Positions 51,316-62,446 of a DNA stretch of 64,000 nucleotides are shown piece after piece. Made by a program: the position numbers and the translations under genes. The notes under the pieces are model-generated. The model worked only from the letters and a program-made list of their open reading frames with translations. It did no database searches and was not told the DNA's origin. The DNA comes from Lytechinus pictus (Eukaryota): contig NC_087245.1 in the NCBI RefSeq assembly GCF_037042905.1, positions 43,278,001 to 43,342,000 of the forward strand, in the 5' to 3' direction. Each line of letters starts with the position of its first letter. The first letter of the stretch is position 1.

Positions 51316-51823
51316 AAACTAGAAATTTGACGTGTCCAAAGGACACAGATGCCCCCGCTTTTAATAACGCAATCAGAAATTAATTCAATGTGATTGAACT
51401 TAATATCGTGCAATTACCAATATGCAATTATATAATGAACAATTTTGTACCTAAAGGCTCACCGTTTCCATAATAATCTCTGACAGAAGATATGAGAGTC
51501 AGGTCATTCGATGTGACCTGACTGTATTTTGGTGTCATCTACCCAGACACCAAATTTTGTTAAATCTGTTGAATATTTCATAAGTTATCATGCGGAAACT
51601 AACTCGCATATTTAATGAGCTGTGACCTTTGACCTGCAGACTCCGAATTCGAATTTAGCCTGTATTTTGGTGTCATCTACCTACACACCAAAATTTTTTT
51701 TAATCCATTTAATATCTTTTTTAGTTATTGCGCGGAAACCAAGTGGGGGGACTGACGGACGGACAGATGGACAGGGGCAACGCTTATTGCCCCCTCCAGA
51801 CTTTGTCTGCGGGGGCATAAAAA
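51316..51823 (-). mobile_element. HINE-like element
   Basis: AAACTAG...ATGCCCCCGC end, TGACCTTTGACCT, (GACG)n tract, GCCCCC...GGGGGCAT hairpin, AAAAA. Confidence 0.7.
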
Positions 51824-52991
51824 CGAAACATATTTATGATTCTTCACATACAGAGTTTGAACTTTTTATTGCCAAATCTAAAAAATCTACTTGGAACACT
51901 TCTGGAATTTGGTTAACCAGTTGGAGATTGAAATAATTTCACTATAACACGTTTTCAGAAGACTCCAGCATATATATAAAGGGCTGTCTTCAACGGGTAA
52001 AATGTGGAGCCCGTAAAGCCCACTAAGATGTCAGATTGATTTGGACCAAAAATAGAACTTGAAACTTTAAATTCTTTGGGATGCAAATGCCAAGCCCCCA
52101 CTCTCACTTAACTTGTTCTTTGGTTGCCAGCTGGGCAACCTATAATACTACTAGTATATTATAGGTTTAAATTCAAGGATACATGTAGTTTCCATAATCT
52201 TTTGAATTTTAAAGACGAGTTTCATATATCACTGTCCAATCTGGACTAAGCCACCCCCCCCCTACCCCCCCCCCCTACTGTAAATTAAATGTATTTCCTC
52301 AGAAAACAAAAAAGGATTTAACAGGTTTCATTCTAAGGCAAGCACATAATACACCCGCCTGTGAAATGGAATTATTGGTCAAGCAAGAAAAAGAGGGAGG
52401 GGGTAACTTGACCTTAGACCGTTTGACCTCAAATCAATAGGCTTCCTGGGATCCATGCTAGTATCAAACACACCAAATTATATGAGCCTAGGGTAAGTTA
52501 AACTAAAGTTATCTTGTTTATAAGGACTGCAGAAGGGTAAGATGAAAACATGTCACTGTGACCTTGAACTTTGACCTTTAGACCTCAAAATCAAAAGGCT
52601 TCCTGTGATCCATACTACAGTGCGTATAAAAAAAACAGGACAGATTTGAAAAGTCTACAAAATTTTGTTTCAAATCATGTCTATATTTTGGTGTTGATAG
52701 GTGCTCTGAAGTCTTGTCTTTCAAATGCCATTAAACGAATTCAGTTTCGTTCATGCTTGAGCGAACACGGAATGTTTTTGTCTGGGGTTAATAAGGAGGC
52801 ATGCGCCAAAATGGCATAAAATGATAAATATGATAATCAGACTTCTTGCTTATCAGCAGACTTCCTCTTAACCTTTTCATTATCTTTGCCATAATTTTCA
52901 AATTATGTGGTCAAAATTCATTTTCAAATCTATTTATTTGCTTGAATTGTTCTGTTGTTGTTTCTTTTTAACATGTTCTCTTTTAGCTTTG

Positions 52992-55900
52992 CGCCAGTAT
53001 GTTGTATTATGATGATTCGATGTTGCAACCGCAAATTGTAAGCGCGCCATCTAGTGTTGGTCTCTTGGCCATGGTCATTAAAGACAGTCACACGTAACCT
53101 CAAAGTTGTCTAGTTTATTTACTTAAGTCTTATCTTATTAACCCTTGGCGTGGTGGCAGCTGGATTCTATCCACCCATCGAAAATAAATAAGCCATCCTA
53201 AGTTAATTTCACCCTGTAAATTGGGGCTAGGCACGCCGTGATTTATATTATCGGTGGTAGACGAGAGGTTGGGTTACTTCCCGAAGTCGGAAGATAAATT
53301 TGTGTAGTCCCACATATACCGTACCATGGCCAGGGCCGCGTTGACCGCCGCGGCAGCCGTTCACGATGCGGCTAGCAGGTCGTCGCAACCATCAGGGTTG
53401 CGCCAGTTTTCTGCTAGCAGGCAGATATTAAATAAACCTTGTTTTTGTGCCCGCACAATTGATAATTCGCGGATTAATGTTGAATTGAAGAGCGGATCAC
53501 AGCTCAATTTAATCACTGAATCTGTAGCAGATGATATTGGTGTCCAGATTCTTGTTGATGATTTTGGTTTTGATGAATACATTGTTGATGATGTGTCCAT
53601 TGTTAGTCTCGTCGATCAGACCCACATTGTGGGTGTGACTCAGTTCACATTATTCTATGATGGTTGTGAACTTTGGTTTGATGGTGTGGTAGTCCATGAT
53701 GACTACTTGCGTGGTTCTCACAGTATTGTTGCTGGGGCTCCATTTATGGAGCAGAACGATATTTCGGTTCGCCCCTCCAAGCAGTTGATCATGTTTGGAG
53801 ACAGTGCTACTTTTTGCTATGCTTCGTCATCTCAAGCAGCTCCGCCATGTTTTTGTGATGTTGATCTCGCTGGCATACATTCAATTACAACGCACACTCT
53901 CATTGATCGGGAACGTGTGAAGAATGAGAGTAAAATGAATGATAGTCATGGAATTAATAATCATGTTACATTAGGGACTACGGTCACACCAGTAAACACT
54001 AACATACACAAAGAAGATGTTGGATACGAGACAAGTGATAGGGAGATGAATGAATCTAAAAGTAATAGTTGTAAATCTCGGAATGAAGACCGAAGAGATG
54101 AGACTAGTGATGGTGAGGTGCATGAAACTAACAAAGGTGAAATGAAACCATGCAGTGTAGATGATGGTTATGAGAGTAGTGATGGTGGAGGTCATGACTC
54201 TAACATAGTTGATGTGAAACAATGTAATGCAGATGGTGGATACCTGACTAGTGATGGTGAGGTGCATGAAACTAACAAAGGTGAAATGAAACCATGCAAT
54301 GTAGATGATGGTTATGAGAGTAGTGATGGTGGAGGTAATGAATCTAACATTGTTAATGTGAAACAATGTAATGCAGATTATGGATACACGACTAGTGATG
54401 GTGAGGTGTATATAACAAACAGTGCTGACATGAAAGGATGGAATAAAGAGGTTGAGTATGCAACTAGTGATTGTCTGGTTTATGAAAGTGACCAGTGTGA
54501 TGTGAAACAATGGAATGAGGAAAATAGACATGATGCTAATGTTGGTGTGGTAAATAAAGCTAATGTAGATGATGTGATTATTGGTCACATGAGAGACGTA
54601 AAAGAAACAAGGAAAGATAATGTAGGGTCTAATGTTAGTAATGTGATTGGTCTGGATACCAATGCCAGTGTGCCCTCATTGTTCCGAGAGTGTACAGTTA
54701 AAGACACTCATGAAAGCAGTTCGTGTTCTCCAGTTTCATGTTTGAGTGATTTAAGAACCTCTTCACTTCATTGCATTGATTGTTGGTATGGCAATGTTGC
54801 CTCTCCTACTCCGAGTGGATTGAGTTGCTCTCCACTGTCTGCCGATGATTTTCAGTCTTCGTTACTTTGGGATTGTTGCCAATCCAACGTGATCTACAGT
54901 TTCACAGATTCCCTTGATTTGGATCTTAGTCGGAACTATGTTTCTCACTCTTCGTCTGATGTGACATTTTTGTCTAACTTGACTTTGCCGGATGTGACAG
55001 TTTCGCCTACCTTGACATTGTCTGATTTGACAGTTTCCCCTATCATGACTTTGTCTGATGTAACAGTTATGCCTACCTTGACTTTGCCCGATGTGACAAC
55101 TTTGCCTGACGTGACGGTATTGCCTAACATGTCGCCTGATATGCTACTGGATCGCTGCATTGGTAGCAACCGTGTCGTTGACCGTGGAGGTACCGTGCTG
55201 CCTCTTGATCATAGGTTTGACACTCCCAGTAGTGTTGATACCGTGTCCGTTACACCATCGGCCGATTCGGTGTTACCTTTCGACGCGAGTCACAGCCACG
55301 GAGCAAGCACCGGGGTAACCGCTATGCCTCTGTGCCCGGCTAACGTCAGCAGCAGTAGCTCTACTTCGCAAGCTATCTATCTGGCACGGGTACCGTTTGT
55401 CGTGGATGGGTTGATTTCGCAGAACTTTCGGTCGTTCACCCTGCAAGCGTCGCCTTCAACTGAATGTCCGTACTCGGCTAGCGTCTCAATTGCTAATAAG
55501 CACGTTCATTCTATCTGGACTGATGTCGCTTGCCATAGTCGCCCTCCAGATCAGCCCCTTGCTGCCTTAGAGCTTGGCCCTGCTGATCTGTCCACTCCTG
55601 AAGGATGTCATCAGGCTCGTCCGCCAGATCAGCCCCATGCTATTCCAGGGCATGGTCCTGCTGATCTGTCTGTCCCTGAAGGATGTCCTGCTCGTCCGCC
55701 AGATCAGCCCCATGCTAGTCCAGGACATGGTCCTGCTGGTCTTTCTCCCTTGGTTCCTGGAGGTTGTCGTTGCACTCGTCCGCCAGACCGGCCCCATGCT
55801 AACCCAGGGCATGGTCCTGCTGGTCTGTCTCCCCTAGTGGAAGAGATTCGCGGTTTAGGCCATTTTCGCCTGAATATCGACGGTACAGAGACTTGTTACT

Positions 55901-57496
55901 TTAGTCCATTTCCGCTCGGCTAGCCTTCCCAAGAATTGACGGAGTCATGTGTTGGATAGTGACCATTGCAGATGTGAATGTTTCTATTATGATTGGACTT
56001 TTAATTTTATCATATGATTATGAGGAACGGACTAAAACAGGAGTTTCATCGCTTGATTAGGATATGTCCTTTGAGTTATTTATTAACCGATGCCTAATTG
56101 ATTTCGTATACCAATTACCATGATGATTTGTTTTATGTTTATTTGCAGGTATATTTTGCTTCAATTGACATGCTTTAAAGTGCCTTGTTTATATTATTGA
56201 TAGTGATTTTGATTGTGATTTTATGTTGGGATGTTTCATTATATTCCTTTGCAGGTATTTTTATGTTACAGGATTGCATTTTGATATGTGGTTTTGGTTG
56301 ATCACTATAAACAGTTTCATGATGTTTGTCATTAATTTTTGTGATGTATTTTGGGTGAGTGATTTTGCCAGTTATGTGTGTTGTTGATTTTATGGATGTG
56401 GTATGTTTTTATGATGTCATACTGGTGATGTTTATTTAATATTTACTCGTCCTTTAATATATGCCTACTGTGATGTTTGGGAAATGATTTCTGTTTTGTT
56501 CTGATATTAATTAGAATTATTGTGTTTTGAATAATGATGTATATGCCCTTGTTTTCAGTCATTGTATGTTCATGTATATCATGCATTATGCCTAGTGATA
56601 TTGAGTCCGCGTGTCAACTTCATGTAGTTAAAAAGTCATAAGTTTTGGGTACATGGCTGTTTTTTGTCTTTTATCCATTTCCCTTTTTGCAAGTATTTTG
56701 TGATTTCATTGGAATGGTATGGAACTGCTTATGATTCAATACTTTTTGTGCCTTTCTGTTTTATGATACACAGACATTTGCTATTTAGGATGAGGCTGTC
56801 AAACTGTGTTTAGTCTATTTGTTATGTGGATACTTTGCACTGAGAGATTATTGGGTTTTTTTTTTTTTTCATTATTTGAACCATTTGCCCATATGCGTTT
56901 TTTCCTTTTTCATGCGAGTTTATGGTTGTTTAATTTGTGTCGGGAATTGATTTTTAGTGCATAGCATTAATTGAGCCTTGTATTTTGGAGTAGAGTGGGT
57001 CAACATTTTACTTTTGATAATTTGATGCCTAGATAGGGATAATGATTTGTTGTTTACACCTTTTTAAGCCCACAAATGTGGTTTTCCCATTTCTTGATGA
57101 TGGAGGGAGATGGGAAGTGGTGATGCCATTTGATGTTATTTGAATTGTGACCTTTGTTGTATTAATATATTAGTTTAATATTTAACTCGTTATGATACAT
57201 TGGTGTTTAGATTTATTAGAGTTTTACACCAACGGAGGTCTAACCCTTTTTATTTAATAGTGAGCTAGTTACGAATCATCATGATTTTGTTATACAGATT
57301 ATATTGTAAAAGAGGAGAGAAAAGTAAAAGGCAGTCACGCCAGTATGTTGTATTATGATGATTCGATGTTGCAACCGCAAATTGTAAGCGCGCCATCTAG
57401 TGTTGGTCTCTTGGCCATGGTCATTAAAGACAGTCACACGTAACCTCAAAGTTGTCTAGTTTATTTACTTAAGTCTTATCTTATTAACCCTTGGCG
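52992..57496 (+). mobile_element. Non-autonomous Gypsy-like LTR element with CGCCA...TGGCG LTRs and 3-bp TSD (Troyka-like)
   Basis: Identical 159-bp direct repeats 52992-53150 and 57338-57496; TTG on both flanks; PBS-like TGGTGGCAGC right after the 5' LTR; purine tract 57308-57332 before the 3' LTR. Confidence 0.88.
53326..55923 (+). CDS. 865-aa ORF: degenerate retropepsin-like domain plus three blocks of tandem peptide repeats
   Basis: VELKSGSQLNLI...FDGVVV...IVAGAPFMEQNDISVRPSKQLI resembles a Gypsy protease with DSG changed to KSG; 144-nt, 36-nt and ~75-nt internal repeats; no RT, RNase H or integrase motifs. Confidence 0.7.
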   Translation: MARAALTAAAAVHDAASRSSQPSGLRQFSASRQILNKPCFCARTIDNSRINVELKSGSQLNLITESVADDIGVQILVDDFGFDEYIVDDVSIVSLVDQTHIVGVTQFTLFYDGCELWFDGVVVHDDYLRGSHSIVAGAPFMEQNDISVRPSKQLIMFGDSATFCYASSSQAAPPCFCDVDLAGIHSITTHTLIDRERVKNESKMNDSHGINNHVTLGTTVTPVNTNIHKEDVGYETSDREMNESKSNSCKSRNEDRRDETSDGEVHETNKGEMKPCSVDDGYESSDGGGHDSNIVDVKQCNADGGYLTSDGEVHETNKGEMKPCNVDDGYESSDGGGNESNIVNVKQCNADYGYTTSDGEVYITNSADMKGWNKEVEYATSDCLVYESDQCDVKQWNEENRHDANVGVVNKANVDDVIIGHMRDVKETRKDNVGSNVSNVIGLDTNASVPSLFRECTVKDTHESSSCSPVSCLSDLRTSSLHCIDCWYGNVASPTPSGLSCSPLSADDFQSSLLWDCCQSNVIYSFTDSLDLDLSRNYVSHSSSDVTFLSNLTLPDVTVSPTLTLSDLTVSPIMTLSDVTVMPTLTLPDVTTLPDVTVLPNMSPDMLLDRCIGSNRVVDRGGTVLPLDHRFDTPSSVDTVSVTPSADSVLPFDASHSHGASTGVTAMPLCPANVSSSSSTSQAIYLARVPFVVDGLISQNFRSFTLQASPSTECPYSASVSIANKHVHSIWTDVACHSRPPDQPLAALELGPADLSTPEGCHQARPPDQPHAIPGHGPADLSVPEGCPARPPDQPHASPGHGPAGLSPLVPGGCRCTRPPDRPHANPGHGPAGLSPLVEEIRGLGHFRLNIDGTETCYFSPFPLG

Positions 57497-57698
57497 TTGA
57501 ATATTCCTTCTTCAAGCAAAAAACAATTTTTTTTTTCCAACCGAAGTGTGGGAGAGCGTGTATTTTTTTTCTTCAAATCCTTTTATTGTGTGCTACAAAG
57601 GTTATGGTGACTTTTGAACAGTGCCATACAGATGGGCAGGGGCTTGGGGATGCTCCCCCCCCCCCCCTTCAATTAAAAAAAAAATCATGACCAAGAAA

Positions 57699-58217
57699 AC
57701 AAGGCAAAAGCGATTTTGTGTCTCGCCTACTTATGAAAATAACCAGAAATATCGTGATTTGCGAGGGTACGCAACAGAATTGTATCGAAACTTCATTGTG
57801 AAATGACTGGGATAGAATAACACTTGTCATAGAGCTTGAAATTGCACGTAAACTTTAATGTTGACCTGAAAATGACCTTTGACCTTACCATGTGACCTCC
57901 GACTGCAGCATAACATGCAGTTCGCCTAAGTACATCTACCATCCAAGTTTGGTTGAAAAGCGACCTACGGTTGCGGAATTAGGTGTCAGAAGAGAGTCTT
58001 GCATGTAAACTTTAATGTTGACCTAAAAATGACCTTTGACCTTACCATGTGACCTCCGACTGCAGCATAACATGCAGGTCCCCCAAGTCCATCTACCACC
58101 CAAGTTTGGTTGAAAAGTGACTTACAGTTGCAGAGTTATGTGTCATAAGGTTTGTGACGGACGGACGACATTTGGATCCCTAAGTCTCGCCTTCACCTCT
58201 GGTGGGCGAGACAAAAA
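57699..58217 (-). mobile_element. HINE-like element
   Basis: Homologous to 45557-46045; intact GTCTCGCC...GGCGAGACAAAAA end. Confidence 0.75.
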
Positions 58218-58648
58218 TGTTTATAGGGCCGGAGCATTAATTACAATCCTTTTCCATGTCGACATTGTCGATGTCGGGATTAATTTTGTACGCGACATGT
58301 CGACATGGATTTTTGTTCCCGACAACAGCACTACACCCTCCTGGGGCGGATGGAGAGAAAACAGATGATGATAAATATGAAATGAATACTGCAATCTATC
58401 CTGATATAGGATTAAACTTGTATCCAGCAATGAATCAAGTCTAACCATGCCAAAGTTAACAACTGGCATCAATTGAGATACCAAAGGGCATAAACATACA
58501 TGTATATGCCCTTTGGTATCTCAATTGATGCCAGTTGTTAACTCTGGCATGGTTGAAATTGGTTGAAAAGGTTGAAAAACCCTATATGGTTGAAATTGGA
58601 GCTACATGTAGCTCCAATTTCAACTTTATTTTTATTATCTAGACAAAC

Positions 58649-58790
58649 CTGATGGAATTTCAAGTCCTTGGCAGCCAACTTCGTCTGGAATACTGGCTTC
58701 ATCAGGCTCCTCTTCACAGTACCTGTTCCATCTTGATGATGGTTGTGGGCACTTGGTAATATTGTCAAGATGCAGTTTAGTTTCAGTCAT
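58649..58790 (-). CDS. MRNIP: MRNIP-like internal exon
   Basis: TATAAG acceptor, CAG|GTTTGT donor, 142 bp; contains SSRWNRY, similar to MRNIP SRWxKY. Confidence 0.75.
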
Positions 58791-59169
58791 CTTATAATAA
58801 AAGCAGAAAAAAATGTGAGACTTATTACTAATTACACTAAATTCATTGTGTAACTGGAAGAAATTTAACAATTTTATCACAGTATGCCGAGCTGATGCTT
58901 GCTTCTAATGTTACAACCCAATCAGCCCACTGTTTTTAATTTAATGAATCCGCATTTTTTATGTTTGTTAAATCATGGACCTACCAGTAGGTCCATGGTT
59001 AAATAGTTGGCTCACTTTAACTTAACTGGGCATTGTGGCATAAGCCTGGCGTAAGCCTATAATTAATCCAAGCTATGTGGGCCAGTTACAAATTGATGAA
59101 GATGTTCGCACTCTGGTCACAACTGGGCGTTGTGTTACGACATTTGCTCCAGGCTTTATTTTGTCTAAG

Positions 59170-59597
59170 CAGGGTGCTACATAACTTTTTAGAAGCACTT
59201 GCCCGGTCGGGCAAGTAAATTTTTAATAGTTGGAATATACTTGCCCTAAAATACTATTTCACTTGCTCAAAAAAATCCTTGAAAAAAAAAGTTTTACCCC
59301 TTCAAAGGAAAGATTTGTTGTTATTTAAACCATTGACCCTTAAGGCTTTTCTCTCTTTTGAGATGAACTGATCTACCTTGTTATTGCATTTCTTTTTCCA
59401 AAGTGATTTCATCTTGCCTGCCATGACCAAAATTAGGGTCAAAATCATATCATATTAACCCTAATTTTTGTCATTCTACTGTGAGAATTTTGCTTGCCCA
59501 ATTAGGACAAGTAGTTTCGGTCTTTACTTGAAAACACTTGCCTGACTCTAACATTTACTTGCCCGGGCAATGGGGCAAGTGATTATGTAGCAGCCTG
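59170..59597. mobile_element. MITE with CAGG termini and 7-bp TSD (P- or hAT-like)
   Basis: CAGGGTGCTACATAA / TTATGTAGCAGCCTG; GTCTAAG on both flanks; ACTTGCCC sub-terminal repeats. Confidence 0.8.
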
Positions 59598-60670
59598 GTC
59601 TAAGATATAGGGTTAGGGTCCAATGTTAGGTTTAGGATGGGGTATAGTGTTAAATCCAGGGTTTAAGTTGGTCATTCCATTGATGTGCAAAATTTGCAGC
59701 AGAGCAAATGAGCAATTTATGCACTGGAGCATAATTAAGAACAAGTCCACCCCAACAAAAAGTTGATTCAAATAAAAAGAGAGATCCAACAAGTATAACA
59801 CTGGAAATTTCATCAAAATAGGATGTAAAAGAAAGTTATGACATTTTAAAGTTTTGCTTAATTTTACAAAAAAGTTCACATACATGTATATGTGTTTGCA
59901 CATGCAAATGAGGGGGCTGATGACATCACTCACTTTTTTTTATTATATGAAATATGAAATATTCTAATTTCTCCTCATTCTCCTGTGAAACAAAGTTTTC
60001 TTCCTCCCTGAACATGTGGAATTACCATTTCCTTAACATTTTGTGGTTCAGTCAAATTGGTCCTTACTGTCAAATGAGTAAAAATTGAAATATTCTATAA
60101 TTCTACAATAAAAAAAAAAAGAAATGGTGAGGAACATCATTGACACTCATGTATTTCAGAGAGTTAGTTGTACATAACTGTCTTGTTAAATATAAGTCAA
60201 TTTCTTAAATGTCATTGTCATAACTTTAAATTCAAAATCAGAAAGAAGTTTTTTATGTGTCAATCCATACGAGATAATAACTTTTTGAGATTCTCAAAAT
60301 TTGAATGGTCAACACAAATTAGTGAAATTTTATGAGAAATGTAGCATTCAGTAGACTATACACAAAAATAAATGCTGTAACTAACACTATCGTACTTTAA
60401 GTATTCCTTTCCTCCGACCTTTATTCATCAATATTAATAATTTCATATTTAATACAAATTGACAATTTTTTTAATTTTAATGCCAGAAATAAAACAAGAA
60501 AATAATTTTAAATATTTTAATAACAAATCATACAAATTCCCGCAAGAGTGTGAATAACACCAATTTCTATTTCAAAATTTCCACTTTCAGTAAGAAAGAC
60601 ACAAAAAAGTTGCACACATAAAAAAAAAATGTTTAGAGCACTTTTTCACACTACTTGAAGCATTTGAAGA

Positions 60671-61856
60671 AAACAAGTGGAGCGCCTCTGGCTGTCTCAC
60701 CTGCATCACACGCTTCAAAATAGCAGCAGTGCTGACTTTGAAAACTACTATAAAATAATTATTCACAAAAAACACCATTCATATACTGTAATGATAAATA
60801 CTACATTCATTGACAATAAATGACATTTGACCTTGATCATGCGACCTAAGACTTGTCAGTGATACTTGATTACCCCTATATCCACATTTCATAAACTATA
60901 TCTATAAACTTTGAAAGTTATGACAGCAATCTAATAATTACCTCCAAAATGGCCAAAGTTCAATGACCTTTGACCTTGATCATGTGACCTGATATTCACA
61001 CAGGATGTTCATTGATACTTGATTACTCTTACATGTCCAAGTTCTATTAACTAGACCAATACGCTTACAGAGTTATGTCAATTCAACAAATACCCCCACC
61101 ATGGCGAAAGTTCATTGACCTTAAATGACCTTTGACCTTGATCATGTGACCTGAAACTCACACAGGATGTTTAGTGATACTTGATCACTCTTATGTCCAA
61201 ATTTCATGAATCAGATCCATAAACTTTTAAAGTTATGATGGTAATTCAACAGATAGCCCCAACATGGCCAAAGTTCATTGACCTTTGACCTTGGTCATGT
61301 GACCTGATATTCACATAGGATATACTTTCTAAGTTACGATGTCATTTCAAAAACTTAACCTTCGGTTAAGATTTGGTGTTGACGCCGCCGCCGTCGAAAA
61401 AGCGGCACCTATAGCAGAAATGCCAACATCTGGGAATGAAAAATTGTAAATATTCTGTGATTAAAAAAAAAAGGATTTTTCCCAAAAAAAATGTATTTCA
61501 TAATAAAATGCGTGGCGCGCACGCTCATAACGTGGCACTAAAGCTGCATGCAAGCTAAAATGCGCACTGCTCATTGAAACATGTGTATATCTCACCCTGG
61601 TTTTAACAAAATGATTGAAAAAAAAAGTTACCTGAAATTACATTGATCCAATAACCATATTTGTTGAAGTTTTATAAAATAGAAACATACAGAGATGTTT
61701 TTTCTCAAATTACAATTTTGTAAAAATCGTATTTTTTAAAGAAAAAACGTACTGTCGTATTTTGATTGCAAAAACGTACTAAATACGCCAAAAACGTACT
61801 GGTTGGCAGCTCTGCTATAGTCTCAGATCACTCTGCTATGCAAGTGAGACAAAAAT
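60671..61856 (-). mobile_element. HINE-like element with tandem internal repeats, carrying a nested MITE
   Basis: Collinear with 40367-41491. Confidence 0.78.
61415..61814. mobile_element. hAT-like MITE with 6-bp TSD
   Basis: CAGAAATGCCAAC / GTTGGCAGCTCTG; CTATAG on both flanks; the uninterrupted host site is seen at ~29728 and ~41456. Confidence 0.8.
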
Positions 61857-61998
61857 ATTAAGAGCCCTTTATCATTCATTCGAGCTGGTTACAACATGAA
61901 TCCTTGTTTTAACTTTACTAGCATGTAAAACTAATCATGTTGTACCAACTGCAGTGTTAAAAGGTTGGTTACACTGTAATTTATGCCTCCATAAATAC

Positions 61999-62133
61999 CT
62001 GTGACATTTCATTTTCCTCAACCAGAGGGTTAGATGAGGAAAGCTCAGTGTCCTCATCTGTTATCTGGCCTGCTGTCATGTTGAGAGACTGAACCAGCAA
62101 CCTACAATCCTTACCAGCTCCTTTACCATAAAC
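61999..62133 (-). CDS. MRNIP: MRNIP-like exon, end of the conserved N-terminal domain
   Basis: TTTCAG acceptor, CAG|GTATTT donor, 45 codons; VYGKGAGKDCRLLVQSLN matches MRNIP/C5orf45 YGxGSGxDCRxxVQxLN; upstream exons lie beyond the window. Confidence 0.8.
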
Positions 62134-62446
62134 CTGAAATATCAATCATCAAGAAAAGAACATGTGACAAAATTTGAAACGTACTTGTCTCAATCAGCCA
62201 AATGTTTTCTCTTTCAAATGTGAATAATTTTTAGTGTATACAATCTTCGAATGTAAATGTTAATGCAAACATTGCACAATCAGTCTTCAGAGTGACTTTA
62301 GACTACAGCATTGTATTCTTTGTATATATTTTACATGTACGTGTATATCTGATAAACCAAAATTGAATTGAATTGAATTGATCTGGCAAGAACTGGAGTG
62401 TATATAGGAAACAGACATATGAAACTTAGTGTTGCCAGAACATTAA

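Larger units (their letters stand above)
52618..57630. mobile_element. Tc1/mariner-type MITE remnant interrupted by the LTR element
   Basis: Starts TA|CAGTGCGTATAAAAAAA (same terminus style as 3070); sequence appears to resume after 57499; right end not found. Confidence 0.5.

Noticed and set aside
53971..54588. Antisense hydrophobic 205-aa ORF as an env-like protein
   Set aside because: It is the mirror of the repeat-rich sense ORF; no independent signal-peptide or fusion-protein features were recognised
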